Assembly (NCBI GenBank): GCA_965246885.1
Contig: OZ251992.1
Location: forward strand, 32,001-96,000
Direction: 5' to 3'
DNA length: 64,000 bases
Source: Abditibacterium sp.
GTDB lineage: Bacteria; Armatimonadota; Abditibacteriia; Abditibacteriales; Abditibacteriaceae
Positions 46,842 through 56,599 of the stretch are shown in pieces. The position numbers and the translations under genes were made by a program. How positions within the stretch are numbered: position 1 is the first letter of the stretch; every line of letters begins with the position of its first letter. The notes below the pieces were generated by a model. The model was not told the DNA's origin. It saw only the letters and a program-made list of their open reading frames with translations, and did no database searches.

Positions 46842-47922
46842 ATTCGCAGCCAGCAGATATGTCGGCCTTCGCCGACATAAAGGCAACACGTCAACGAAGG
46901 TTGACGCTTTCGCTGGCTGCGAATTTATTCGCTTGGCCTTTGCAGTTTCAGTCCTCCTTTTCTCCGGTTGCACCCGCACCTCGGCGCCGCCTGCGCCGGA
47001 TAACCGTGTCACCCTGTACTGCTCGGTTGACGAAGAGTTCGCGCGTCCATTAGTGAAGCGGCTGGAAGCGCAGACGGGGCTTCAGATAGCCGTCCTCTAC
47101 GACACGGAGGCGACGAAAACGGCGGGGCTGGCGAACCGCATCCGCGCCGAGCGTCACCGTCCGCGCTGCGACGTGTATTGGGCCTCGGCGCTGTTGCAAA
47201 CGCTGCTGTTGTCGGACGACCACCTGCTCGCGCCGTATGACAGCCCCAAGCGCGCCGACTTGCCCGCGCGCTTTCGGGGGAAGGACTGGACGGGTGTGGG
47301 CGTGCGCGGGCGGTTGCTACTGGGTTCGTCTCCGGCGTGGGCGGCGCCGACGTTGCGCTTTGTGCCGGGCAAGCCCGCCAATTTCGCGCTGTCCAATCCG
47401 GCGTTTGGCACCGCAAGCGACTGGGCAACCGCTTACGCGACGCGAGCGGGCGACGGCGCGACGCGCGCATACTTCTCCGACCTCAAGCGGGAAGGCGCGC
47501 GCGTGTTACCCGGCAACGGCGATGTGGCGCGCGAGGTCGCGCAGGGGAATCTCGCCTTCGGCTGGGCGGACACGGACGACTACCTGAACCAAAAGCGCGA
47601 ACGGAAGCCCCTCTTCCCCGCCCGCCCGCTACGCGACAACGTCCTCGTTCCCGGCGCGGTATCGCTCGTGGCGGGGGCGCCGCACGCGGCGAACGCGCGC
47701 AAGCTGCTCGATGCCCTCGTATCCAAGAGCGGCGAAGCGGCGCTGGTGGCGGGGATGCCGGGGGTGTTTTCGTTGCGCGGGTTGGGTCTGCGCGCGAACT
47801 GGCGGTCGGGCGGCGAGGATTTCTCTTTCCTCCAAAGCGCGCCCGCCGATGATTACACGCGCTGGCCCGCGCGTTGGAAGGCGATACGCGCCCCGCTCGC
47901 GCGCCTGTTGGCGACGGGGTAA
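46825..47922 (+). CDS. Extracellular solute-binding lipoprotein (Fe3+/polyamine-type ABC binding protein family)
   Basis: Lipobox LFSGC; VTLYCSVD, DTEATKTAGL, LSNPAFGT, GWADTDD. Start uncertain (ATG 46825 or TTG 46933). Confidence 0.8.
   Translation: MQTANKFAASRYVGLRRHKGNTSTKVDAFAGCEFIRLAFAVSVLLFSGCTRTSAPPAPDNRVTLYCSVDEEFARPLVKRLEAQTGLQIAVLYDTEATKTAGLANRIRAERHRPRCDVYWASALLQTLLLSDDHLLAPYDSPKRADLPARFRGKDWTGVGVRGRLLLGSSPAWAAPTLRFVPGKPANFALSNPAFGTASDWATAYATRAGDGATRAYFSDLKREGARVLPGNGDVAREVAQGNLAFGWADTDDYLNQKRERKPLFPARPLRDNVLVPGAVSLVAGAPHAANARKLLDALVSKSGEAALVAGMPGVFSLRGLGLRANWRSGGEDFSFLQSAPADDYTRWPARWKAIRAPLARLLATG
46834..46932. repeat. REPIN-like palindromic element, copy 1 (99 bp)
   Basis: 21-bp terminal inverted repeats gcgaataaattcgcagccagc, with two inner hairpins gtcggccttcgccgac and gtcaacgaaggttgac. 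Confidence 0.88.
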
Positions 47923-47924
47923 GA

Positions 47925-48022
47925 GCGAATGAATTCGCAGCCAGCGAGATTGTCGGCCTTCGCTGACATGGAGCAGCACGTCAACGAAGGCCAACGTTTT
48001 CGCTGGCTGCGAATTCATTTCC
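47925..48022. repeat. REPIN-like palindromic element, copy 2 (98 bp)
   Basis: gcgaatgaattcgcagccagc...gctggctgcgaattcatttcc; same layout as copy 1. Confidence 0.88.
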
Positions 48023-48076
48023 TCGCCACTCAACAACCGCGCCCGCGCCGGATGATCTAAGCTCTTTTGCACCAGA

Positions 48077-49111
48077 ATGAACACGCGTCTCTTCTTCCTC
48101 GCGGCCTTGGCCGTTTCGCCCCTTGGCTTTGCCGCCGCGCAACCGGCACAACTCGCCGCTTCTCCGTTGTGCGTCAACGGCCAGTGCGCGCCGGTTATCT
48201 CCGAGACCACCTACTTCGGGCGCGCAGCGTATCGCTTGACCGATGGCAAGACCGAAGCGGTCGTCGTGCCCACGTTGGGGCGCGTCATGCGTTATGGGCG
48301 CGTCGGTGGCGCCAATCTGTTGTGGAACGCGCCGACGCCCAAGGGCCTTGATGTGGGCGGCTGGAAGAATTATGGCGGCGACAAAACATGGCTGTCGCCG
48401 CAGTCGAGTTGGGGCGTCATGCACGGCAAAGGCTGGCCACCCGACGCCGCCTTCGACGGCACGCCGCAACGCGCCGACGTGCTGACGGGCGGCAAGTTGC
48501 GCATGGTGTCCAGCCTGTCCCCCGGCTTGGGCATCTACTTAGTGCGCGTGTTTTCCTTCAACAGCGCGGGCGAGTTCGTTATCCAACAAAGCGCGGTCAA
48601 AACGGCGGGCGCGCCGGTGCGTGTCGGCTTGTGGAGCATCTCGCAAAGCGTTCCCGGCGCGTGCGTGTTCCTGCCCGTCGAGCCTGATTCGGCCTATAAG
48701 GGCGGCGCCTTCTATTTCAACGGGCAACACCCCGTGCTACAACCAGCTTCAATCGTTGGAGAGATGTTGCGGGTGCAACCGCAACCCGTCAACGGCGGTG
48801 TCAAGTTCGGCGTGGACGCGCCCGTGTCGGCGCTCGCGTCGGTGCGAAACGGCCTCGCATGGGTGCAAAAAAGCGCCAAACCCAAAGGAGATTACCCCGA
48901 CGGCGCGGCGGGATACGGCTTCCCCGTCGAGCTTTATATCAACGGCGACGCGAAGGCGTTCTACGCCGAACTGGAATTGCTCGGACCGCTCGTGAACATG
49001 TCCAAAGGCCAAAGCCAAACCCATACGGTGCGCTGGAGCCTGCACGACCTGCCCACCAAAGACGCCGCCGACGCGCAAACCCTCGCCGCCGTCGCCACTC
49101 TTCTCAGGTAG
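48077..49111 (+). CDS. Secreted DUF4380-like protein
   Basis: Signal peptide; VVVPTLGRVMRYG, WKNYGGDKTW, YAELELLGP. Confidence 0.6.
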   Translation: MNTRLFFLAALAVSPLGFAAAQPAQLAASPLCVNGQCAPVISETTYFGRAAYRLTDGKTEAVVVPTLGRVMRYGRVGGANLLWNAPTPKGLDVGGWKNYGGDKTWLSPQSSWGVMHGKGWPPDAAFDGTPQRADVLTGGKLRMVSSLSPGLGIYLVRVFSFNSAGEFVIQQSAVKTAGAPVRVGLWSISQSVPGACVFLPVEPDSAYKGGAFYFNGQHPVLQPASIVGEMLRVQPQPVNGGVKFGVDAPVSALASVRNGLAWVQKSAKPKGDYPDGAAGYGFPVELYINGDAKAFYAELELLGPLVNMSKGQSQTHTVRWSLHDLPTKDAADAQTLAAVATLLR

Positions 49112-49122
49112 CGCGTCCCAAC

Positions 49123-49653
49123 TTACGCCGCCGCGCCGCGTCCGCGCCACCAGAGGCCGAGCGCGACCAGAAAGTTAATCCCTGACAAGACGTGCGTCGT
49201 CGCGCACACCGGACAAAAGTGCTTGAGGACGCCCAGCGAAATATACGCCAGCACCACCGAACTGGCCAACCCCACCGAAGCGAGCAAGAGCCTTTGCAGC
49301 GCGGCGGCGCGCATTGATGCGCCCCGGCTGGAAATGGCCGTGATAAACACGAGCGCCCAAAACAGCACTCCGTAAGCGCCGAGCGGGATCCCGAACACTT
49401 GGCCGTATTGCGAGCCGATCACCTTGTCGCAGGAAATGGTTTCCGAAATGCCGCACCCCGTCTCCTCGCCCGCTTTGATGAGCAGGTGAACGTGGATGGC
49501 CCACGCGCTCGCCGCCAACCCGCACGCCGCAAGCGCGACATGGGGCCACGCCACGACAACACCCGCGCGCGGAGCGGAGGACACGGGCGCAAGGGGCGCG
49601 GAAGCAGTAGGAGAATCGGGCGAACCCGGACGCGGCGAAAGGTTGGCGGCCAT
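49123..49653 (-). CDS. Vitamin K epoxide reductase (VKOR) family protein
   Basis: CGISETISCDKVIGSQY, FGIP, FCPVC. Confidence 0.88.
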   Translation of the reverse strand: MAANLSPRPGSPDSPTASAPLAPVSSAPRAGVVVAWPHVALAACGLAASAWAIHVHLLIKAGEETGCGISETISCDKVIGSQYGQVFGIPLGAYGVLFWALVFITAISSRGASMRAAALQRLLLASVGLASSVVLAYISLGVLKHFCPVCATTHVLSGINFLVALGLWWRGRGAAA

Positions 49654-49744
49654 ACCGGGGAGTTTAGAAAGCCGACGCGCGGGGAAGAGAGGAGTTTGGT
49701 GAGGAGTGCTTTTCACCGGCGCCATACGGTAAACCAAAGGGGCC

Positions 49745-50536
49745 ATGCTGCTTCGTCGCTCTTCCGTCCGTGCCGCTTCGAGGCCGCTTTACGACTTCCT
49801 CCAGTTCTTCGGGCAACTCGCCTCGCTCGCCCTTGAAACCGGCTGGTGCATCGTGCGCGGGCGCGTTGATGTGAAGGCGACCATCCGCCAAATGGCCGAG
49901 GTGGGCGTCGGCTCCTTGCTGGTCGCCCTCATCACCGTTGGGTTTTCCGGCGCGGTGACGGCGCTTTACCTCGCGGCGCAACTGACGCGCTACGGGCAGG
50001 GCGGCTACACCGGCGCGCTCGTGGGCAAGTCGCTCGCGCTCGAAATCACGCCCGTGATTACGTCCATCGTCGTCGCGGCGCGCTCCGGCAGCGCAATGGC
50101 GGCGGAGTTGGGTTCCATGACCGTGACCGAACAAGTGGACGCCCTCAAAACGATGGCCACCCCGCCCGTCGAATACCTCGTCGTGCCGCGCGTGGTCGGC
50201 ACCGTGTTGATGATGCCCATCGTCGCCGTCCTTGCCAACCTCGCGGGGTTGTATGGCGCCAGCCTGACCGCCGCGCTGGGCGGCGTGTCGCACACCATGT
50301 TTTGGCACTCCTTCCAGAACATGGAAGTCTCCGACATGATCAACGGCCTGCTCAAAGTGATTCCCTTTGGCGCCCTTATCGCCTTGATTGGATGCCGCCA
50401 AGGGTTGACTACCAGCGGCGGCGCGCAAGGCGTGGGCCGCGCAACGACCAGCGCCGTCGTGTTCGGCTCCATCGCCATCTACGTCGTGGACTTCTTTATC
50501 TCGCTCCTGCTCCAAGACGCCGCCAAGTGGCGGTAG
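49745..50536 (+). CDS. mlaE: MlaE-type ABC permease
   Basis: ARSGSAMAAELGSMTVTEQVDAL, YLVVPR, GGAQGVGRATTSAVV. Confidence 0.93.
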   Translation: MLLRRSSVRAASRPLYDFLQFFGQLASLALETGWCIVRGRVDVKATIRQMAEVGVGSLLVALITVGFSGAVTALYLAAQLTRYGQGGYTGALVGKSLALEITPVITSIVVAARSGSAMAAELGSMTVTEQVDALKTMATPPVEYLVVPRVVGTVLMMPIVAVLANLAGLYGASLTAALGGVSHTMFWHSFQNMEVSDMINGLLKVIPFGALIALIGCRQGLTTSGGAQGVGRATTSAVVFGSIAIYVVDFFISLLLQDAAKWR

Positions 50537-50540
50537 GCGT

Positions 50541-50645
50541 AGCGACTGAAGTCGCAGCCAGCGGAGTCGTCGGCCTTCGCCGACGTAGAACCTGCCACCT
50601 CGTCGGCGAAGGCCGACGACTCCGCTGGCTGCGACTTCAGTCGCT
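50541..50645. repeat. REPIN-like palindromic element, copy 3 (105 bp) between convergent genes
   Basis: Perfect 45-bp inverted arms agcgactgaagtcgcagccagcggagtcgtcggccttcgccgacg around a 15-bp spacer. Confidence 0.9.
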
Positions 50646-50652
50646 TCTCCAC

Positions 50653-52386
50653 TTACATCGCGTCAATCGGCATCTTCACGTTGCCCACGCTCTTCCCCGG
50701 CCAGTCGTCCGTGCGGAACGGCGACGCGGGGAGCCACTCGCCCTCTTTCGTCTTGCAGCCCAGCGTCGCGCGCGCCATCGGGTTGTTCGCCCACGCATAC
50801 CGCACCGCAACGGGGTTGGGGACTTCGGGAGAGTACACCTCAACCTCGTCACCGAATAGCCCCGCCGTCGCATGAACGAACTTATGGTCGGCGCCTGCTA
50901 TATCAAAGCCGTCAAGTGGGCCGTCGTGCAATGTCGCCAAGCCCGCGTTCACATGGTCGAACTGGAGGCGAATATCGTTGCGCGGAGGCTCAAGACCCCG
51001 AAGGTCTACTATCTTCATCCCGCGATACGTCGGCCCCGAAAAGTCAATCTTCTCCCCATACACGTGTGAGCGCGCCCACAGCGCGAGGCGGTGGCCCACA
51101 TCCTGCTTGTCCTTGGGATGCACGTCTTTCTCTTCGCCGATGTCAATCGTGACCGCCATCCCCGTCTGGGGCAGCGAGAGCGCCATCGCTTGAGCTTCGC
51201 GCACTTCCGACCACTCGCTTTCGATGGGTTGCGGGTCGGGCGGCAGTACACTGGCCAACTGCACGAAGGCAAAGGGCAGGTCGGGCCGCCCCCATTGCTT
51301 GCGCCAGTCGGTAATCAGCGCGGGGAACAGCGTGCGATATTGGTATCCGCGATTGTCGTTGGTTTCGCCCTGATACCAGATGACGCCGCGCAGGGCATAC
51401 GGGATGAGCGGCGCTATCCCGCCGTTCCACAGCCCCGTCGCGCGGTGGGCAAAAGCGGGGTCTATGGGCGCTTTCGGCTTAGCGGGTTCGGGTTGCTTCG
51501 CAGCTTTGGCCGCGTCGTCTGCCGTTTGCCACGCGGCCAGTTTCGCGTCGTACTCCTTCTTGGCGGCAGGGTAGTCGCGCGCCACCGCGTCCCACCGGTC
51601 GAGAATATCGCGCTTGAGGCCCGGCTCCCCAGACAGCGCCTCGCGGCTCATCCACGCTTCCCCCGGCGTCCAACCTTGCGAGACGTGCAAAATCCCAATG
51701 GCCACTGGACGACGGCTTGAAAAAAAGCGGCCAATCACCGGTAAATCATTCAGAATCGGCGAGCGGGCGGTTGGCTTGCTGTCGCTTATGAATGGTATAT
51801 CACCGAGCGTTGGCGGCGCGGGGGAAGCTGGCGCGTTCAAACTGCGTTGCAAGTCGCGCGCGAAGAAGTAGGCCACCGCCGAAAACTGCTTGGCCGTGTC
51901 GGGCGTGCACTTGACCCACTGCCCTTTCACGTCGCGCTGGGGCGTGTCGGCGACCGCCGCGCTTCCGTTGAACTCGCGGATAAGCGGAAAGTTCGCTGCC
52001 GCCATCTCCGCCTCGCCGTTTGTGGCGCGGTCGAGGGTGAACGCCATATTGGACTGCCCGCTCGCCAGCCAAACTTCGCCAACATAGACATCCGACAGCG
52101 TCACCTCATTATGGCCCTTGACGGCCAACACATAAGGCCCGCCCGCGCGTTGCTTGGGGAGGTTGGCTTGCCAACGCCCATCGGCGCCCGCGACCGCTTC
52201 GGCGTTCGCGCCGTTCAGCGAAACGGCGACCTTCTCACCGGGCGCGGCGGTTCCCCACACGGGGAGAGTGGCATCGCGCTGAAGCACCATGCCGCTTGCA
52301 AAAAAAGAGGGGAGCGTCACATCGGCCCGCGCCGCAAGCGGCGCGGTGAGTATAAAACCTGCAAGGAGGAGCGTGGATGATTTCAT
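50653..52386 (-). CDS. Sialate O-acetylesterase family protein, secreted
   Basis: MVLQR, GEVWLASGQSNM, FSAVAYFF, IWYQGE, DVHPKDK, VRYAW, PASPFRTD. Confidence 0.92.
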   Translation of the reverse strand: MKSSTLLLAGFILTAPLAARADVTLPSFFASGMVLQRDATLPVWGTAAPGEKVAVSLNGANAEAVAGADGRWQANLPKQRAGGPYVLAVKGHNEVTLSDVYVGEVWLASGQSNMAFTLDRATNGEAEMAAANFPLIREFNGSAAVADTPQRDVKGQWVKCTPDTAKQFSAVAYFFARDLQRSLNAPASPAPPTLGDIPFISDSKPTARSPILNDLPVIGRFFSSRRPVAIGILHVSQGWTPGEAWMSREALSGEPGLKRDILDRWDAVARDYPAAKKEYDAKLAAWQTADDAAKAAKQPEPAKPKAPIDPAFAHRATGLWNGGIAPLIPYALRGVIWYQGETNDNRGYQYRTLFPALITDWRKQWGRPDLPFAFVQLASVLPPDPQPIESEWSEVREAQAMALSLPQTGMAVTIDIGEEKDVHPKDKQDVGHRLALWARSHVYGEKIDFSGPTYRGMKIVDLRGLEPPRNDIRLQFDHVNAGLATLHDGPLDGFDIAGADHKFVHATAGLFGDEVEVYSPEVPNPVAVRYAWANNPMARATLGCKTKEGEWLPASPFRTDDWPGKSVGNVKMPIDAM

Positions 52387-52428
52387 GGGTTTGCTTGGTG
52401 GTATCGTGGAGGTGGTGCCGCGCTTCGC

Positions 52429-53346
52429 TTAGTTCGTCAGCGTCCAGCACACGCCGTCGGAGGGGTGACGCTCCCGGTAGGGATGCATCGTGAGGCCGTT
52501 CTGCTTGGCGAGGGCTTTGGCGAGGCCATACTCGGCTTTGGGGCCGTCCGAATTGCCGACGACGAACGAGAAGCCAAAGTTCGTGCCCGCCGCCAATTTC
52601 AGGTCGGCCAATTCCGAGCGGGGGATGGCCACCTCATAGGTGAGCGTGTTGCCGTCGCGCCGGACGAAGCTTTGCGCGGCGGGAACGAGGCCCGTCGTCT
52701 TGGGGCCGCGCGGTTGGTGCGGCCAGTCGTTGATGCGCGGCAACCCCGGCGCCAGATAGCGCCATACCTCGTTGCCCCAGCCCGCGACGCCATAAATCGA
52801 GTACTCGCAATCCGTGTCCGGGAACGTGTGGAAGCCAACCGGCACACCGGCAATGGGCTTGAGGTCGTGCCAGCCGGGGTTCGTGTCAAAGGCGACTTGC
52901 AAGCGGTCGCGGCGCAAGGGGAAGCCCGGAACCGACACTTCTGTTTCGGGCGCGGCGGTGAACGTAACGCCAATGGGCACGCGGATGGGTTGCCCTTCGA
53001 GGCCAATCAGTGGCGCGGCTCCGGCGGCATCGGTCATGGAGGAAGTAATGCGCTTTTCGGGGTCGCGCGTCGTTATCTCTTGCAGTTCAAGGGCGAAATC
53101 GCGCACCGTCCCATTATCGGTGCCCTTGGTGAACGCGATGCGCAGGGTGGGCACCTCGCCCGGCAGGAACAGTTGCCCCGGCGCGTTCGAGCCAAGGAAA
53201 CGGCACGACGTGTTCGGCATCCCCGCATGGAGAACGGCCATGTTCTCGGCCAAAACGAGGGGCACCTGCGCGTGCGCGGCGCGCGGAACAAGAAGAGCAG
53301 CGCCCACCAAGAAAGCGGCTCCCAAACGGAGTGCGGGTTGAGTCAT
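52429..53346 (-). CDS. Secreted hypothetical protein with C-terminal CBM9-like fragment, possibly internally deleted
   Basis: Signal peptide ending AAHA; C-terminal DRLQVAFD..YEVAIPRSEL..FGFSF. Confidence 0.55.
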   Translation of the reverse strand: MTQPALRLGAAFLVGAALLVPRAAHAQVPLVLAENMAVLHAGMPNTSCRFLGSNAPGQLFLPGEVPTLRIAFTKGTDNGTVRDFALELQEITTRDPEKRITSSMTDAAGAAPLIGLEGQPIRVPIGVTFTAAPETEVSVPGFPLRRDRLQVAFDTNPGWHDLKPIAGVPVGFHTFPDTDCEYSIYGVAGWGNEVWRYLAPGLPRINDWPHQPRGPKTTGLVPAAQSFVRRDGNTLTYEVAIPRSELADLKLAAGTNFGFSFVVGNSDGPKAEYGLAKALAKQNGLTMHPYRERHPSDGVCWTLTN

Positions 53347-53489
53347 TGGATCGGAGCAAAACAAACGGACGGCACAGAAGAAGACAGCCTCTCCCAAGGG
53401 AGTCCGATATGAGACTGCGCCGCCGCGCGGGAGTTGTGCCCAAAAATCCGCCTTCTGGGAGCGACCCGCCGCCGTCTGTCACTATTTCC

Positions 53490-53609
53490 CAGACGTGCGC
53501 CGTTCGCCGACAGATGTGTGGGAATCGCCGACGGACGTGCGCCGCTCGCTGACAGACGTGTGCCGCTCGCCGACGGACGTGTGCCGCTCGCCGACGGACG
53601 TGTGGCACC
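53490..53609. repeat. Intergenic 21-bp tandem array, about 6 units, consensus CRGACGTGYGCCGCTCGCCGA
   Basis: Units at 53490, 53511, 53532, 53553, 53574, 53595, upstream of the gyrB promoter. Confidence 0.9.
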
Positions 53610-53709
53610 GAAAACGGGCCGGAAACGAGAGGAAAAGCGAGGGCGTGAAGGGGGAATCATCCGGCGGCCTTTCGTCGCCGGGAAACGGCCCTCACGCGCG
53701 CCCCTGCGC

Positions 53710-55933
<2,224 letters not shown>

Positions 55934-55938
55934 AACAG

Positions 55939-56175
55939 ATGTCGAAAGAACAACTCCTCGAACTCGTGGCGCCGCTTTCCTTGGAGGAGCGGCGCCAACT
56001 GCGGGAACTGCTGACCGAAGGAGAGCTACAACCGCTTTCTCCTGAAGAGGTAGAAGTCCATCCGATGATGAAGATCGTGCGCGACATCGAGCGACTACCG
56101 CCAATGGATGCGCCGCCCGATTTTTCTATTAACCACGACTTCTATATTCATGGCGGAGACAAACGTGAATCGTGA
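55939..56175 (+). CDS. Putative antitoxin (78 aa)
   Basis: Small acidic ORF MSKEQLLE..PPDFSINHDFYIHG overlapping the start of a PIN gene. Confidence 0.7.
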   Translation: MSKEQLLELVAPLSLEERRQLRELLTEGELQPLSPEEVEVHPMMKIVRDIERLPPMDAPPDFSINHDFYIHGGDKRES

Positions 56176-56581
56176 AGGCGTCTTCGTAGACATAGGTGCA
56201 TGGATTGGGCTGTTATCGAACAGCGATGTGCACCACTTGCGGGCTGTCGAGGTGTTGGCAACGCTCCTCGCCCAGAACCGTCCGCTCATCACAACGCACG
56301 CGATTGTGCTGGAAGTGGGCGATGGCTTGGCAACCAAGCGGCGGCGCCAGTTTTCGGGCGCGTTTCAGGCGTTGCTGTTGGCTCCTTATACAGAGGTAGT
56401 AGCCCTTGAGGAATCCCGGCTGGCCGAAGCGTGGGCGCTTTATGACGGGCGGCGGGATAAGGAGTGGAGCCTGACCGACTGCTTTTCCTTTGTGGTGATG
56501 CGCGAGTATGACCTGCGCGACGCCTTCGCCCACGACCACCACTTCGAGCAGGCTGGCTTTCGCGCGTTGATGCGCGCTTAA
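56165..56581 (+). CDS. vapC: VapC-type PIN-domain toxin
   Basis: FVDIGAW, VLE, DKEWSLTDCFSF, HDHHFEQAGF; GTG start. Confidence 0.9.
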   Translation: MNREGVFVDIGAWIGLLSNSDVHHLRAVEVLATLLAQNRPLITTHAIVLEVGDGLATKRRRQFSGAFQALLLAPYTEVVALEESRLAEAWALYDGRRDKEWSLTDCFSFVVMREYDLRDAFAHDHHFEQAGFRALMRA

Positions 56582-56599
56582 TCAATATCTAAAAACCTA

